DNA of 64,000 nt from an uncultured Actinomycetota bacterium (GTDB taxonomy: Bacteria; Actinomycetota; Actinomycetes; Actinomycetales; Dermatophilaceae): contig CAVWQU010000017.1 of NCBI GenBank assembly GCA_963757225.1, forward strand, positions 8,866 to 72,865, in the 5' to 3' direction. Below, in pieces: positions 32,048-41,072 of this stretch. The position numbers and the translations under genes were made by a program. Under the pieces are notes generated by a model. The model worked only from the letters and a program-made list of their open reading frames with translations, ran no database searches and was not told where the DNA came from. How positions within the stretch are numbered: position 1 is the stretch's first letter; the number at the start of each line of letters is the position of its first letter.

Positions 32048-33232
32048 TCAGGGTTCGGCGCGGACGCCCGGTGCGTACTTGGGTACGCGGAAGGTGACCT
32101 TGGTCCCGGCCCCGGGCGCGGTCTCGACGACGAGCCCGTGCCGGTCGCCGAACGCCTGGCGCAGCCGCGCGTCGACGTTGCCGAGGCCCAGGCTGTCGGC
32201 CTCGCTCTCGCCGGCGAGGACGGCGCGGATGGTCTCCGGGTCGCCGCCGACACCGTCGTCCTCGATGGAGATCTCGGCCTCGGCCCCGTGGTCCGCGGCG
32301 GTGATGGTGATGTGCCCGACGCCGGTCTTGCGTTCGAGACCATGCCGAACCGCGTTCTCCACCAAGGGTTGTACCGCGAGGAACGGTACGGCGACGGGGA
32401 GCACCTCGGGGGCGATGGTGAGGGACACGACGAGCCGGTCGCCGAACCGGGCCTTCTCGAGGACGAGGTAGCGCTCGATGTTGCGCAGCTCGTCGCGCAG
32501 CGTGGTGTAGGCACCGCCCCGACGGAACGCATACCGGGTGAAGTCGGCGAACTCGAGCAGGAGCTCCCGGGCGCGGTCGGGGTCGGTCCGGGTGAACGAC
32601 GCGATGGCGCCGAGGCAGTTGTAGATGAAGTGCGGGGAGATCTGCGCGCGCAGGGCGCGCAGCTCGGCCTCCATGAGGCGGGTGCGCTGACGCTCGAGCT
32701 CGGCGAGCTCGACCTGCGTGGAGATCCAGCGGGCCAGCTCCTCGGTGGCGCGGACCAGCCCGGTCGAGACGCTGGGCCCGTAGGCGGCGAGGGCGGCGAC
32801 GACCTGCTCGTCGGCGACGATCGGGGCCAGGACGCCGGAACGGATCGGGCAGTCGGGGTCGTCGCAGGTCACGCTGCGCTCGTCGAGGACGACTGTCTGT
32901 CCCGAGGCGAGGACCGGCTGGGCCTGGGCGTGGACCGCCTCGCGGTGGTGCGACCCCACGCCGTCCCAGGCGAGCACTGCGTGCGGGTCGGTGAGGGCGA
33001 CGGCCCGGCTGCCGAGCATCGACCGCAGCTGACGGGTGGCCTTCTGGGCGCCCTCCGGGGTGAGACCGTCGCGCAGGAAGCGGGTCGCCAGGGCCGCGCG
33101 GTGCAGCGTCTCGTAGGTCGCCCGGTCGACCTGGCTGACGAACCGGCGTCGACGCAGGAGCCAGACCAGCAGCACGACGGCGGCGGTGAGGACCAGCCCG
33201 GCCAGGAACGCCGCGACATGGTTCCGGTCCAC
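32048..33232 (-). CDS. LytS/YehU-family sensor histidine kinase
   Basis: LRAQISPHFIYN, QPLVENAVRHG, EDDGVG, GLGNV. Confidence 0.92.
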   Translation of the reverse strand: MDRNHVAAFLAGLVLTAAVVLLVWLLRRRRFVSQVDRATYETLHRAALATRFLRDGLTPEGAQKATRQLRSMLGSRAVALTDPHAVLAWDGVGSHHREAVHAQAQPVLASGQTVVLDERSVTCDDPDCPIRSGVLAPIVADEQVVAALAAYGPSVSTGLVRATEELARWISTQVELAELERQRTRLMEAELRALRAQISPHFIYNCLGAIASFTRTDPDRARELLLEFADFTRYAFRRGGAYTTLRDELRNIERYLVLEKARFGDRLVVSLTIAPEVLPVAVPFLAVQPLVENAVRHGLERKTGVGHITITAADHGAEAEISIEDDGVGGDPETIRAVLAGESEADSLGLGNVDARLRQAFGDRHGLVVETAPGAGTKVTFRVPKYAPGVRAEP

Positions 33233-33299
33233 GGGGGCAGCGTAGGCGGGCGGAGTCGGGCGTGCGGCAGGTCCGGCGTCCGCCGCATACCGTGGTCCC

Positions 33300-34142
33300 G
33301 TGCCCGACCTCGCCGCCCGGCTTCGCGCGCTCGGCGACCTGCCGGGGGTCGCCGAGGGCCGTGACGCGGCCCGCGAGGCGTGCACCCGGCTGCGGTTCGA
33401 CGAGGCGCTGCGGCGGCGGATGCCGGAGGCGGCCGCGGAGTCCCGGGTCAGGGGGGCGCGGGCGAGTGCGGCGCTGGACGGGGCCGAGCTGCCGGTGGAC
33501 CGGGTACGGGCGCTCATGGTGGGAGCCGCGTCGTCCCCGGTGGACGCGGTCGACGTCGCCGTCCGAGGTGCGGTGCAGGCGACGGCTGAGTCGGAGCACG
33601 TGGTGCGCCTCGTCCTCACCACACCGTGGCAGGCCCTGGCGCGGCTGCACGTGGCGGCGATGGCCGGGGTGCTGCCGCCGGACCAGGTCGGGCGGCCGCG
33701 GCGGCCCGGCGAGCCGGCCCGGGAGCTCGTGGACGTGGGACCGCCGCCCTCCGCCGCAGAGGTAGCGGCTCGACTGGACGGGGTCTCGGACCTCGTGCGG
33801 GCGGTGGGCTCACCCGGTGTCTCGGCGCTGGTGGTGGCGTCGCTGGTGCACGCCGAGGTCGCGGCCGTGCGGCCGTTCGTTCAGGGCAACGGGGTGGTGG
33901 CGCGCGCGGTGGAGCGGGCGGTCGTCCGGGCGACCGGCCTGGACCCGACCGGGGTCGCGGTCGTCGAGGTCGGACACCTCCGCGGTGGTCTGGCGCCCTA
34001 CGTCGGCGCCCTCGCCGCCTACGCGACCGGGACACCCGACGGGGTCGCCCTCTGGTTGCGGCACTGCGCGGAGGCGGTGGTGGCCGGGGCCGACGAGGGT
34101 ATGCGCGTCTGCGCCGCCGTGCGGTCCGGCCGGCTGCCGTGA
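33300..34142 (+). CDS. Fic-like protein (Rv3662c/SCO3559-like)
   Basis: ARASAALDGA, QALARLH, degenerate Fic motif RPFVQGNGVVAR. Confidence 0.8.
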   Translation: MPDLAARLRALGDLPGVAEGRDAAREACTRLRFDEALRRRMPEAAAESRVRGARASAALDGAELPVDRVRALMVGAASSPVDAVDVAVRGAVQATAESEHVVRLVLTTPWQALARLHVAAMAGVLPPDQVGRPRRPGEPARELVDVGPPPSAAEVAARLDGVSDLVRAVGSPGVSALVVASLVHAEVAAVRPFVQGNGVVARAVERAVVRATGLDPTGVAVVEVGHLRGGLAPYVGALAAYATGTPDGVALWLRHCAEAVVAGADEGMRVCAAVRSGRLP

Positions 34143-34194
34143 CCCGTGCGCTGAGCGGTCTGGCGGGTCGCAGCGTGGGCGAGTACAACAGAGG

Positions 34195-34372
34195 GACAAC
34201 TCCAGACCACCGTCCGACGACCGGGCACCCACGCGCGGCAGTCCACTGAATGGGCAGCTCGTCATTGGGTTCATCCCTCGGCGACAACCACTGAATGCAC
34301 GCTCTGGTCACCCCGCCGCCTGACGGTCGTGATGGCACCTCACCTCTCCTGAGCTGAGGTGCCATCACTTTT
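34195..34372 (+). ncRNA. Probable Ms1-type (RNA-polymerase-binding) RNA
   Basis: Lies between the Fic-like gene and ssd, the known Ms1 locus. TACAAC -10-like hexamer at 34184, approximate 5'/3' complementarity, CACGCTCTGGTCACCC segment, intrinsic terminator. Boundaries approximate. Confidence 0.6.
34329..34372 (+). terminator. Intrinsic terminator
   Basis: GTGATGGCACCTCA...TGAGGTGCCATCAC, perfect 14-bp stem followed by TTTT. Confidence 0.85.
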
Positions 34373-34384
34373 CGTGCGGAGGTT

Positions 34385-34466
34385 GTGCACACGGCCTGGA
34401 CGTTCCGTCCCACCGTCCACAGCCTCGTCCTGCGGTCTTCCGACGACGGTGCGCTCGGTCGAGGCT
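34385..34466 (+). promoter_or_regulatory. Tad promoter element, copy 1
   Basis: GTGCACA-n14-CGTCCCAC-n2-TCCACAG, 28/38 identical to 52782-52819; GAGGCT 45 nt after the TCCACAG start. Confidence 0.6.
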
Positions 34467-34506
34467 GGTGCCCGGGCTCGAGGGGCGGGCTGGTCGGGGG
34501 TCGGTC

Positions 34507-35250
34507 GTGACGGGTGGCGGACACGCTCTACTGGTGGTGATGGGGGCGTCCGGCGGCGTGGGCGCATCGGCGCTCGCGACCGCGGTGGCGGTGCGAGCCG
34601 CGCGAGCCGGCACCGACGTCGTGCTCGTGGACGGCTGCCCGCTGGGCGGCGGCCTCGACGTGGTCCTGGGTGCCGAGCAGGAGGGTGGGATCCGGTGGCC
34701 GGAGCTGTATCGGCTGGTCGGGTCGGCCGACGGCCGCGCTCTGCTCGCGCGGTTGCCGTCGACGGAGGGCGTGCGGGTGCTGTCGTTCGGGCGTGACGGT
34801 TCCGAGCCGCCCGCAGACGTCGCGGGCGCCGTGGTGTCCGCGTTGGTCGCGGAGAGTGCCCTGGTCGTCGTGGACGCGAGCGCCGCCGGCGGCACCGCGG
34901 CGGTGGCCGCACTGACGGCCGCTCACCGGGTGCTCGTCGTCGCGGGCGACGGGATGAGCCAGCTCGCCGCACTGTCCGTGGTGTCGGGGCTGCTGGCATC
35001 GGGCAGCGGGCGGGTCGGAGTCGAGATGGCGGTGTGTCTGCGCGGGCCGTCGGCGAGCGCCGGGCCGGTCGCCCGCCTCGTCGAGTCGGAGCTGCGGTGG
35101 CCGGTGATCAGCGCACTGGAGGACGACCGCCGTATGGCGACTGACCTCGTCCACGGGGTGGCGCCCGGGTCCCGGGAGAGCGGGCCCACGGTGCGCGTCG
35201 CCGACGAGATCCTCGGGTGGGTGCTGCTCGATCGCCGGGGTGCGGCATGA
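34507..35250 (+). CDS. ssd: Ssd/CpaE-like (TadZ) MinD-type protein, short form
   Basis: GASGGVGASALA, DGCPLGGGLDVVLGAE, GIRWP; first gene of the tad operon. Confidence 0.82.
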   Translation: MTGGGHALLVVMGASGGVGASALATAVAVRAARAGTDVVLVDGCPLGGGLDVVLGAEQEGGIRWPELYRLVGSADGRALLARLPSTEGVRVLSFGRDGSEPPADVAGAVVSALVAESALVVVDASAAGGTAAVAALTAAHRVLVVAGDGMSQLAALSVVSGLLASGSGRVGVEMAVCLRGPSASAGPVARLVESELRWPVISALEDDRRMATDLVHGVAPGSRESGPTVRVADEILGWVLLDRRGAA

Positions 35251-36458
35251 GCACGATCGACTCGTGGAGTACGGCGGCCCACGCCTCCGGGCTGCCGGCG
35301 CCGGCGTGGGAGCAGATCCGGGGTGGTCGCCGGCCCGAGCCGCTCAGTCTCGCCGCGGTCGCCGCGGTGGACGTGGCCGTCGACGGGCTCGGCGGGGCGG
35401 CCGCGCTGCGCGGCTCCCTGCACGCCCAGCTCCTAGGAGCCGGACCCCTCGAGCCCCTGCTGGAGCGGACGGCGGTGACCGACGTGGCGGTCAACGGGGA
35501 CGGCTCGGTCTGGGTCGACGCCGGCGCGGGACTGGTTCGCGCGGACGTCGACGTGGGCGGTCCCGACGCGGTTCGGCGGCTGGCGGTCCGGCTGGCCGGC
35601 CTCGCCGGGCGACGGCTCGACGAGACGTCGCCCTACGTCGACGGGGTGCTGCCCTCCGGCGTCCGGCTCCACGCGATCCTGCCGCCGCTCGTGGCCGGGG
35701 GTCCGCACCTCACGTTGCGGGTTCCGGCCCGGACCGCGATGACCTTGGCGGAGCTCGACTCGCGGTCGATGTTCCCGGCCGGCTGGGCCGAACTGCTCCG
35801 GCGACTGGTTCGACGACGGGTGGCCTTCGTCGTCTCCGGCGGGACGGGCGTGGGCAAGACCACGCTGCTCGGGGCGCTGCTCGGCGAGGCCCCGCCCGCC
35901 GAGCGGGTGATCGTCGTGGAGGACGTCCGCGAGCTGCGCGTCGACCAGCCGCAGGTCGTCCGGTTGGAGGCGCGACCGCCGAACGTCGAGGGGGCCGGTG
36001 AGGTGACCCTGACCACGCTGGTCCGGCAGGCCCTGCGGATGCGTCCCGACCGCCTGGTCCTCGGAGAGGCCCGGGGCGCCGAGGTGCGCGAGCTGCTGGC
36101 CGCCCTCAACACCGGTCACGAGGGCGGCTGCGGCACGCTGCACGCCAACAGCGCCGGCGACGTGGTGGCGCGGTTCGAGGCGCTCGGCGGACTGGCGGGG
36201 ATGTCGCCGGAAGCCGTCCACGCGCAGCTCGTCAGTGCCGTGGACGTCGTCGTGCACGTGGGGCGCCGACCGGTCGACGGGGTGGTCCGTCGCCGGGTCG
36301 AGACCGTCGGCGTCCTGGTCCGGGGGAGCGTCGGGGCCCCGGAGGTGGTGGATGCGCTGTCGACGGATCGGCCAGGGTCCGACCACGGACCGGGGTGGCC
36401 CCGGCTCGCCGGTCTCCTCCACCTGCCGGTCACCGGGCCACAGCGTGGCGGGCGGTGA
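35247..36458 (+). CDS. tadA: TadA/CpaF pilus assembly ATPase
   Basis: GGTGVGKTT, ALRMRPDRLVLGE, LNTGHEG, TLHAN. Confidence 0.92.
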   Translation: MSTIDSWSTAAHASGLPAPAWEQIRGGRRPEPLSLAAVAAVDVAVDGLGGAAALRGSLHAQLLGAGPLEPLLERTAVTDVAVNGDGSVWVDAGAGLVRADVDVGGPDAVRRLAVRLAGLAGRRLDETSPYVDGVLPSGVRLHAILPPLVAGGPHLTLRVPARTAMTLAELDSRSMFPAGWAELLRRLVRRRVAFVVSGGTGVGKTTLLGALLGEAPPAERVIVVEDVRELRVDQPQVVRLEARPPNVEGAGEVTLTTLVRQALRMRPDRLVLGEARGAEVRELLAALNTGHEGGCGTLHANSAGDVVARFEALGGLAGMSPEAVHAQLVSAVDVVVHVGRRPVDGVVRRRVETVGVLVRGSVGAPEVVDALSTDRPGSDHGPGWPRLAGLLHLPVTGPQRGGR

Positions 36459-37264
36459 CCGCGGTCGTCGTGGCGCTGTTGCTCGCAGCGGCCACGTGGC
36501 TCGTGGGGTGGGGTGCGCAGCAGGGGACCGGCACTGGGCTAGGTGGTGAACCTCCGACCGCGACGTCCGGCTCCCGTTCGCGAGCACCCTCCCGTGCGCG
36601 TTCTTCCCGTCGTGTGGTGCCACGGCGGCGGGGTGCCGGGCTCCGTTCCGCTCGCGCCGAGGCCGAGGCTCTCGACCTTCTCGACGCGCTCGCTCCCGCC
36701 CTGCGTTCCGGGCTCCCGCCGGTGGCCGCCGTTCGCCTCATCGGCCCGAGTCCCGGTTCGTCATACGCCTGGGATGCGGCGAGCGACGTGCCGTGGGCGT
36801 CCGGACCGCCCGCGGGACGCGAGGTCCTGCCCGGCTTCGAGGCGGCGGCGGCGCGCGGCGAGGCACTCGCCCCGCGGTGGTTCGCCTACGCCCGGACGTT
36901 GGGGTCCGACGACCTGCACCTGGTGGCGGCCGCGTGGTCGCTCTGCGACACGCTGGGATCACCCCTGGCACCGACGGTGTCGACCGTGTCCGAGGTCATC
37001 CGCCGACGTCGCTCGATGCGGCAGCGGATCGCCGCCGCCGTCGCCGGACCCCGGGCCACGATGCGGGTCCTCACGGCGCTCCCGCTGGCGGGACCGTTCG
37101 TGGCCCTCGCCGTCGGCGTGTCGCCGGGTGCCCTCTACTCCGAGCCGGCCGGGGCCCTCTCGCTTGCCGTCGGTCTGACCCTGCTCGGGCTCGGGCGGCT
37201 GTGGGCGGGGCGGATGATTCGCGGTGCCACGGTCGAGTCGCCTCGCTCCCGACGGCGAGGCTGA
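36455..37264 (+). CDS. tadB: TadB-like T2SS-F platform protein
   Basis: LRSGLPP, AGPRATMRVLTALP, C-terminal TMs. Confidence 0.8.
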   Translation: MTAVVVALLLAAATWLVGWGAQQGTGTGLGGEPPTATSGSRSRAPSRARSSRRVVPRRRGAGLRSARAEAEALDLLDALAPALRSGLPPVAAVRLIGPSPGSSYAWDAASDVPWASGPPAGREVLPGFEAAAARGEALAPRWFAYARTLGSDDLHLVAAAWSLCDTLGSPLAPTVSTVSEVIRRRRSMRQRIAAAVAGPRATMRVLTALPLAGPFVALAVGVSPGALYSEPAGALSLAVGLTLLGLGRLWAGRMIRGATVESPRSRRRG

Positions 37265-37266
37265 GC

Positions 37267-37917
37267 GTGCCGCGCCTCGGACTGGTTCTGGCCCTGGCGA
37301 TGCTCGGGGTGGCCGCTGTCCTGGTCCTCGGCTCCCGACCCCACCGCGAGCGTGCTGCGGCCGCCGCGCTCGCGCCGACTCCGCCCCGCCGCCGGCTGGG
37401 CCCGGACGGCGGTCAGCGCGGTTCCCGGACGAGGTGGCGCGGGCCGTGGCCCTTCGGAGCGCGACGGCCGCGGGCTCGAGCCCCGACCTCGGACGAGGTG
37501 GCGGCATCGATGGTCCTGCTGGCCGTGGCGCTCCAGTCGGGATGTGGCGTCGTCGAGGCGATCGAGCAGGTGGCCGTCGTCGCCGCACCGCGACCCGCGG
37601 GCGAGCTGGCCGTCGTGGCCGCCGCGCTCCGGTGGGGTTTGGACGAGGAGCACGCCTGGGCGGAGGCAGACGCGCTGTGGTCGCGCACGGCACTCGCCCT
37701 CCGGTTGGCCCGTGAGGCCGGCGTGGCGCCGTCGTCCCTGCTGCTGTCCGGCGCCGACGACCTGCGGTCGAACCGGCTCGCCGCGATCGACGTGGCCGCG
37801 TCACGGCTCGGCGTCCGACTGGTGGTCCCGCTGGGCGTGGCGTTCCTGCCCGCGTTCGTCCTGACCACGATCGTGCCGGTGGTCCTCGCCCTGGCCCGCC
37901 AGGTTCTTGCGTCGTGA
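37267..37917 (+). CDS. tadC: TadC-like T2SS-F platform protein
   Basis: LLAVALQSG, LRWG, LVVPLGVAFLPAFVL. Confidence 0.8.
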   Translation: MPRLGLVLALAMLGVAAVLVLGSRPHRERAAAAALAPTPPRRRLGPDGGQRGSRTRWRGPWPFGARRPRARAPTSDEVAASMVLLAVALQSGCGVVEAIEQVAVVAAPRPAGELAVVAAALRWGLDEEHAWAEADALWSRTALALRLAREAGVAPSSLLLSGADDLRSNRLAAIDVAASRLGVRLVVPLGVAFLPAFVLTTIVPVVLALARQVLAS

Positions 37918-37930
37918 GCCGATGGCGTCC

Positions 37931-38000
37931 CGGCACTCGCGGGGACTCGCGGGGACTCGCGGGGACCCGCGGGGACCCGCGGGACCCGCAGGGACTCGGC
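37931..38000 (+). repeat. Tandem repeat, about 7 copies of GGGGACYCGC
   Basis: cggcactcgc ggggactcgc ggggactcgc ggggacccgc ggggacccgc gggacccgca gggactcggc. Confidence 0.85.
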
Positions 38001-38016
38001 GTGAGATCGTCGGCGG

Positions 38017-38784
38017 GTGGCTGACTCCGATGTCGTCTCCGCCCTGCGAACCGCCGCCGCTGACCGCGACCCGAGCGTCCGCCGAGGACTCTGGTTGAGC
38101 TTCGTGTCCGCCTACTCCCTCGAGGCCGCCCTCGGCGGGCCGGCCACCAACCGCCCCGCGGACGGCGATCGCGCCGGCGGCATCCAGTGGCTCGGCCTGG
38201 ACCTCCAGCACGGCGACCTGAGCCTCCACGACGTCGTGCCGTTGGTCCGGGTGGCCGAACGGGCTGGAGTGCCGGTGTTCCCGCGGATGGCCTCGCACGC
38301 AGCGGACGCGATCGGCCGGGTCGTCGACGCCGGCGTGCAGGGGGTCATCGTGCCCGGGGTCGAGTCCGCCGGGGAGGCGGCCGCCCTGGTCCGGGCGATC
38401 CGGCTCCCGCCGAACGGCGCCCGCAGCACCGGAGCGGGCCGGACGTCGCTCGGCGTGACCGACCAGGTCGAGCCGCTCCTGCTGCCCATGGTCGAGACGG
38501 CCGCCGGCCTCGACAACGCGGCCGCCATCGTGGCCGTCGACGGGGTCGACGGGGTGTTCATCGGTCCCTACGACCTGTCGATGTCGTTGGGGTGCCATCC
38601 CGGCGAGGAGCCGGTCATGACGGCCATCGCGTCGATCGTGGACACCGTCCGCGCGGCCGGCAAGGTGGTCGGCATGTTCATGGGCCGTCCCGACCTGCTC
38701 GCCGTCGCACCGACCCTCGACCTGGTGGCCGTCGACACCGACGTCTCGGCGCTGCGCCGCGGCATCGCCGAGCTCTTCTCCTGA
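38017..38784 (+). CDS. HpcH/HpaI aldolase family protein
   Basis: LDLQHG, GVIVPGV, PMVET, DGVFIGPYDLS. Confidence 0.85.
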   Translation: MADSDVVSALRTAAADRDPSVRRGLWLSFVSAYSLEAALGGPATNRPADGDRAGGIQWLGLDLQHGDLSLHDVVPLVRVAERAGVPVFPRMASHAADAIGRVVDAGVQGVIVPGVESAGEAAALVRAIRLPPNGARSTGAGRTSLGVTDQVEPLLLPMVETAAGLDNAAAIVAVDGVDGVFIGPYDLSMSLGCHPGEEPVMTAIASIVDTVRAAGKVVGMFMGRPDLLAVAPTLDLVAVDTDVSALRRGIAELFS

Positions 38785-38865
38785 CCCAGGTTCCGCCGCC
38801 GGGCCCTTGAGGGCGGCGGGCGAGTCGGACCCGATTTCGCAGCGCCGCGTCCTATCCTGCGGCGC

Positions 38866-39204
38866 ATGGCGCAGCGAGTGCGAACGATCCTCATCTCCGA
38901 TCTCTCGGGGGACGAGGTGGAGGCAGGAGGGGAGTCGGTCGCCTTCAGCTACAAGGGCGTCGACTACACGATCGACCTGACGGCCAAAGAGGCCGCGGGG
39001 TTCGACAAGGCCATCGCGATGTACGTCGAGCACGCGACGAAGGCCGGGCGAGCCCGACCTGCTCGTTCGGGTTCCGGCTCGTCGCAGCATCACGCCGAGC
39101 GGATCGGCAACATGAAGCGATGGGCGGCGGAGCAGGGCCTCGACTACCCGAAGCGGGGCCGGCTCCCGAAGAGCCTGGTCGACGCGTACGACGCCGTCCA
39201 CTGA
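38866..39204 (+). CDS. lsr2: Lsr2-family nucleoid-associated protein
   Basis: ISDLSG, FSYKGVDYTIDL dimerisation domain; WAAEQG..KRGRLP AT-hook. Confidence 0.88.
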   Translation: MAQRVRTILISDLSGDEVEAGGESVAFSYKGVDYTIDLTAKEAAGFDKAIAMYVEHATKAGRARPARSGSGSSQHHAERIGNMKRWAAEQGLDYPKRGRLPKSLVDAYDAVH

Positions 39205-39223
39205 CCCCGGCTGAGGCCGTCGG

Positions 39224-41065
39224 TCAGGACAGTCCGACCCACGGCGCCGACGCCTGCATCGCCAGCCGGACCGGGGTGTTCGCCGCCCCGAACCCGGCGT
39301 AGCCACCGCGCCGCTCCAGCACTTCCACGTAGAACCGCCCCGCGACCAGCGGCGTGTAGACGTGGAACAGCTCGCCGTCGCCGTCACGGTCGTACAGCAC
39401 CCCGAGCCGACGCAGCCGGTCGAGCAGGACGGGGTCGAGGCCCAGCCGCGCCTGGAGGTCGTCGTAGTAACCGTCCGGGAACGTCAGCAGCGGCGCGCCG
39501 GCCGCACGCATACCCTCCACCCGGTCCACCAGGTCGGTGCACGCGAACGCCACCTGGTTGACCCCGGTCGGGGCGCGGCCGGCCCGCACGACGATGTTGT
39601 GCACGACCCGCACGCCGTCTTCGCGAGGCAGCAGCACCCGGCTGCGCAACCGCCCCGCCGGGTCGAAGAACTCCGAGACCGGACCCGGGCGCAGCCCGAA
39701 GAGGGTCCGGTAGAAGGAGACCTCGGCGTCGGAGCGGTCCACGTCCACGGCCGCGCCGACGTGGTCGATCCCCAGCCAGCCGTCGGCTCCCGCCGCGCGA
39801 TCCTGGTCTGCGGGGACGACCTGCACCGTGACCCCCGTCGGGCTGGTCACCGTGAACTCCGGCGCACCGCCGTGGCGGGCGGCCGGCTCCCAGTTCAGCG
39901 CCTCCGCCCGCGCCATCAACCGCGTCGGGTCGTCGACCGCGATTCCCAGAGCGGTCACCGACGGGCGGGGAAGCGCTGTCGCCCGACGCACCTGGAGGTC
40001 CGAACGGCCGTCGAGGACCACGCGCGCCCCGCCATTGCGGAACGTCCGCAGCGCGTCATCCGCACCGTTCATCGGCTGAAAGCCCAGCGATACCAACAGG
40101 TCCGGTACCGCGCTCGACCTCGGGTCCGCGGCGATCTCGACGAACGCAGCCGTCGGGCACGACGGCTCGACGGGTGGGTCGAACAGCTCCACCAGCGGCC
40201 GGGTTCGCGGACCGGGTGACGAGGCCGAGTCGCCCGTACGGTCGCGGTCCCAGTGCCGGCGCAGCTGCTCCTCGAGGAACAGCAGCGAGCGCATCGCGTC
40301 GCGCGCGGTCTCGTGCGGCTCGGCCTCCCGGACGATGTCGTTGAACACCTCCAGGGACAACGGCCCGCGGTATCCCGCCTCGACCACCGCCGCGACGATC
40401 CCCACCACGTCGAGCGACCCCTGGCCGGGGAAGCACCGGTGGTGCCGGCTCCACTCGAGCACGTCCATCGCCTTGTACGGCGCGTCGGCGACCTGGAGGT
40501 ACTCCATCCGGTCCCCGGGGATGCCGGCCAGCGCGGTCGCGTCGTCGCCTCGGGCGAGCAGGTGGAAGGTGTCCACCGCCAACCCGACCTCCGGCATACC
40601 GGCCTGCTCGACGACCTGCCACGCCTGGCCGACCCGGTCGATGCAGGTCCCCCACGCGAGCGCCTCGAAGGCCAGCGTGAAGCCGTGGTCGGCGGCGCGC
40701 CGGCCCACCGTCGCGAGCTGCTCGGCGGCCAGGTCGAGGTCCGGGCTCGCTTCAGGATGGACGGCCGAGCAGAGCAGCGTCCGGGTGGCGCCGAGCCGCT
40801 CCATCACCTCGAACTTCGCCTCGGCGAACCGCAGCCGGTCGGGGAACAACGCCGGCGAGATGCCCACGACGTCACGTAGCGGCTGGAAGAGGTCGATGGC
40901 CAGCCCGAGGTCCCTGGAGCGCGCAGCGACGTCCTCGGCTCGCACGGCCGACGCGGTGAGATCGGCGTCGAACAGCTCGATCCCCGCGAAGTGGGCGGCC
41001 GCGATGGCCTCGAGCTTGTCCTCGAGCGTTCCCGACACCGAGACGGTCGCGATGCTCTTGCGCAC
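39224..41065 (-). CDS. qsuB: 3-dehydroshikimate dehydratase, QsuB/QuiC1 type (AP-endonuclease barrel + HPPD-like domain)
   Basis: RKSIATVSVSGTL, FEALAWG, DTFH, QVADAP, WSRHHRCFPGQG, SLEVFND, GFGAANTPVR. Confidence 0.88.
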   Translation of the reverse strand: MRKSIATVSVSGTLEDKLEAIAAAHFAGIELFDADLTASAVRAEDVAARSRDLGLAIDLFQPLRDVVGISPALFPDRLRFAEAKFEVMERLGATRTLLCSAVHPEASPDLDLAAEQLATVGRRAADHGFTLAFEALAWGTCIDRVGQAWQVVEQAGMPEVGLAVDTFHLLARGDDATALAGIPGDRMEYLQVADAPYKAMDVLEWSRHHRCFPGQGSLDVVGIVAAVVEAGYRGPLSLEVFNDIVREAEPHETARDAMRSLLFLEEQLRRHWDRDRTGDSASSPGPRTRPLVELFDPPVEPSCPTAAFVEIAADPRSSAVPDLLVSLGFQPMNGADDALRTFRNGGARVVLDGRSDLQVRRATALPRPSVTALGIAVDDPTRLMARAEALNWEPAARHGGAPEFTVTSPTGVTVQVVPADQDRAAGADGWLGIDHVGAAVDVDRSDAEVSFYRTLFGLRPGPVSEFFDPAGRLRSRVLLPREDGVRVVHNIVVRAGRAPTGVNQVAFACTDLVDRVEGMRAAGAPLLTFPDGYYDDLQARLGLDPVLLDRLRRLGVLYDRDGDGELFHVYTPLVAGRFYVEVLERRGGYAGFGAANTPVRLAMQASAPWVGLS

Positions 41066-41072
41066 GGCGTCC

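Noticed and set aside
33300-34142. Fic protein as an AMPylating toxin
   Set aside because: The catalytic His is replaced (RPF instead of HPF), no antitoxin is seen, and it occupies a conserved housekeeping position.
35247-37917. tadA-C as conjugation genes of an ICE
   Set aside because: No relaxase, VirB4/VirD4 or integrase; this is the chromosomal Flp pilus locus.
37931-38000. Tandem repeat as a CRISPR array
   Set aside because: 10-bp units without spacers; no cas genes.
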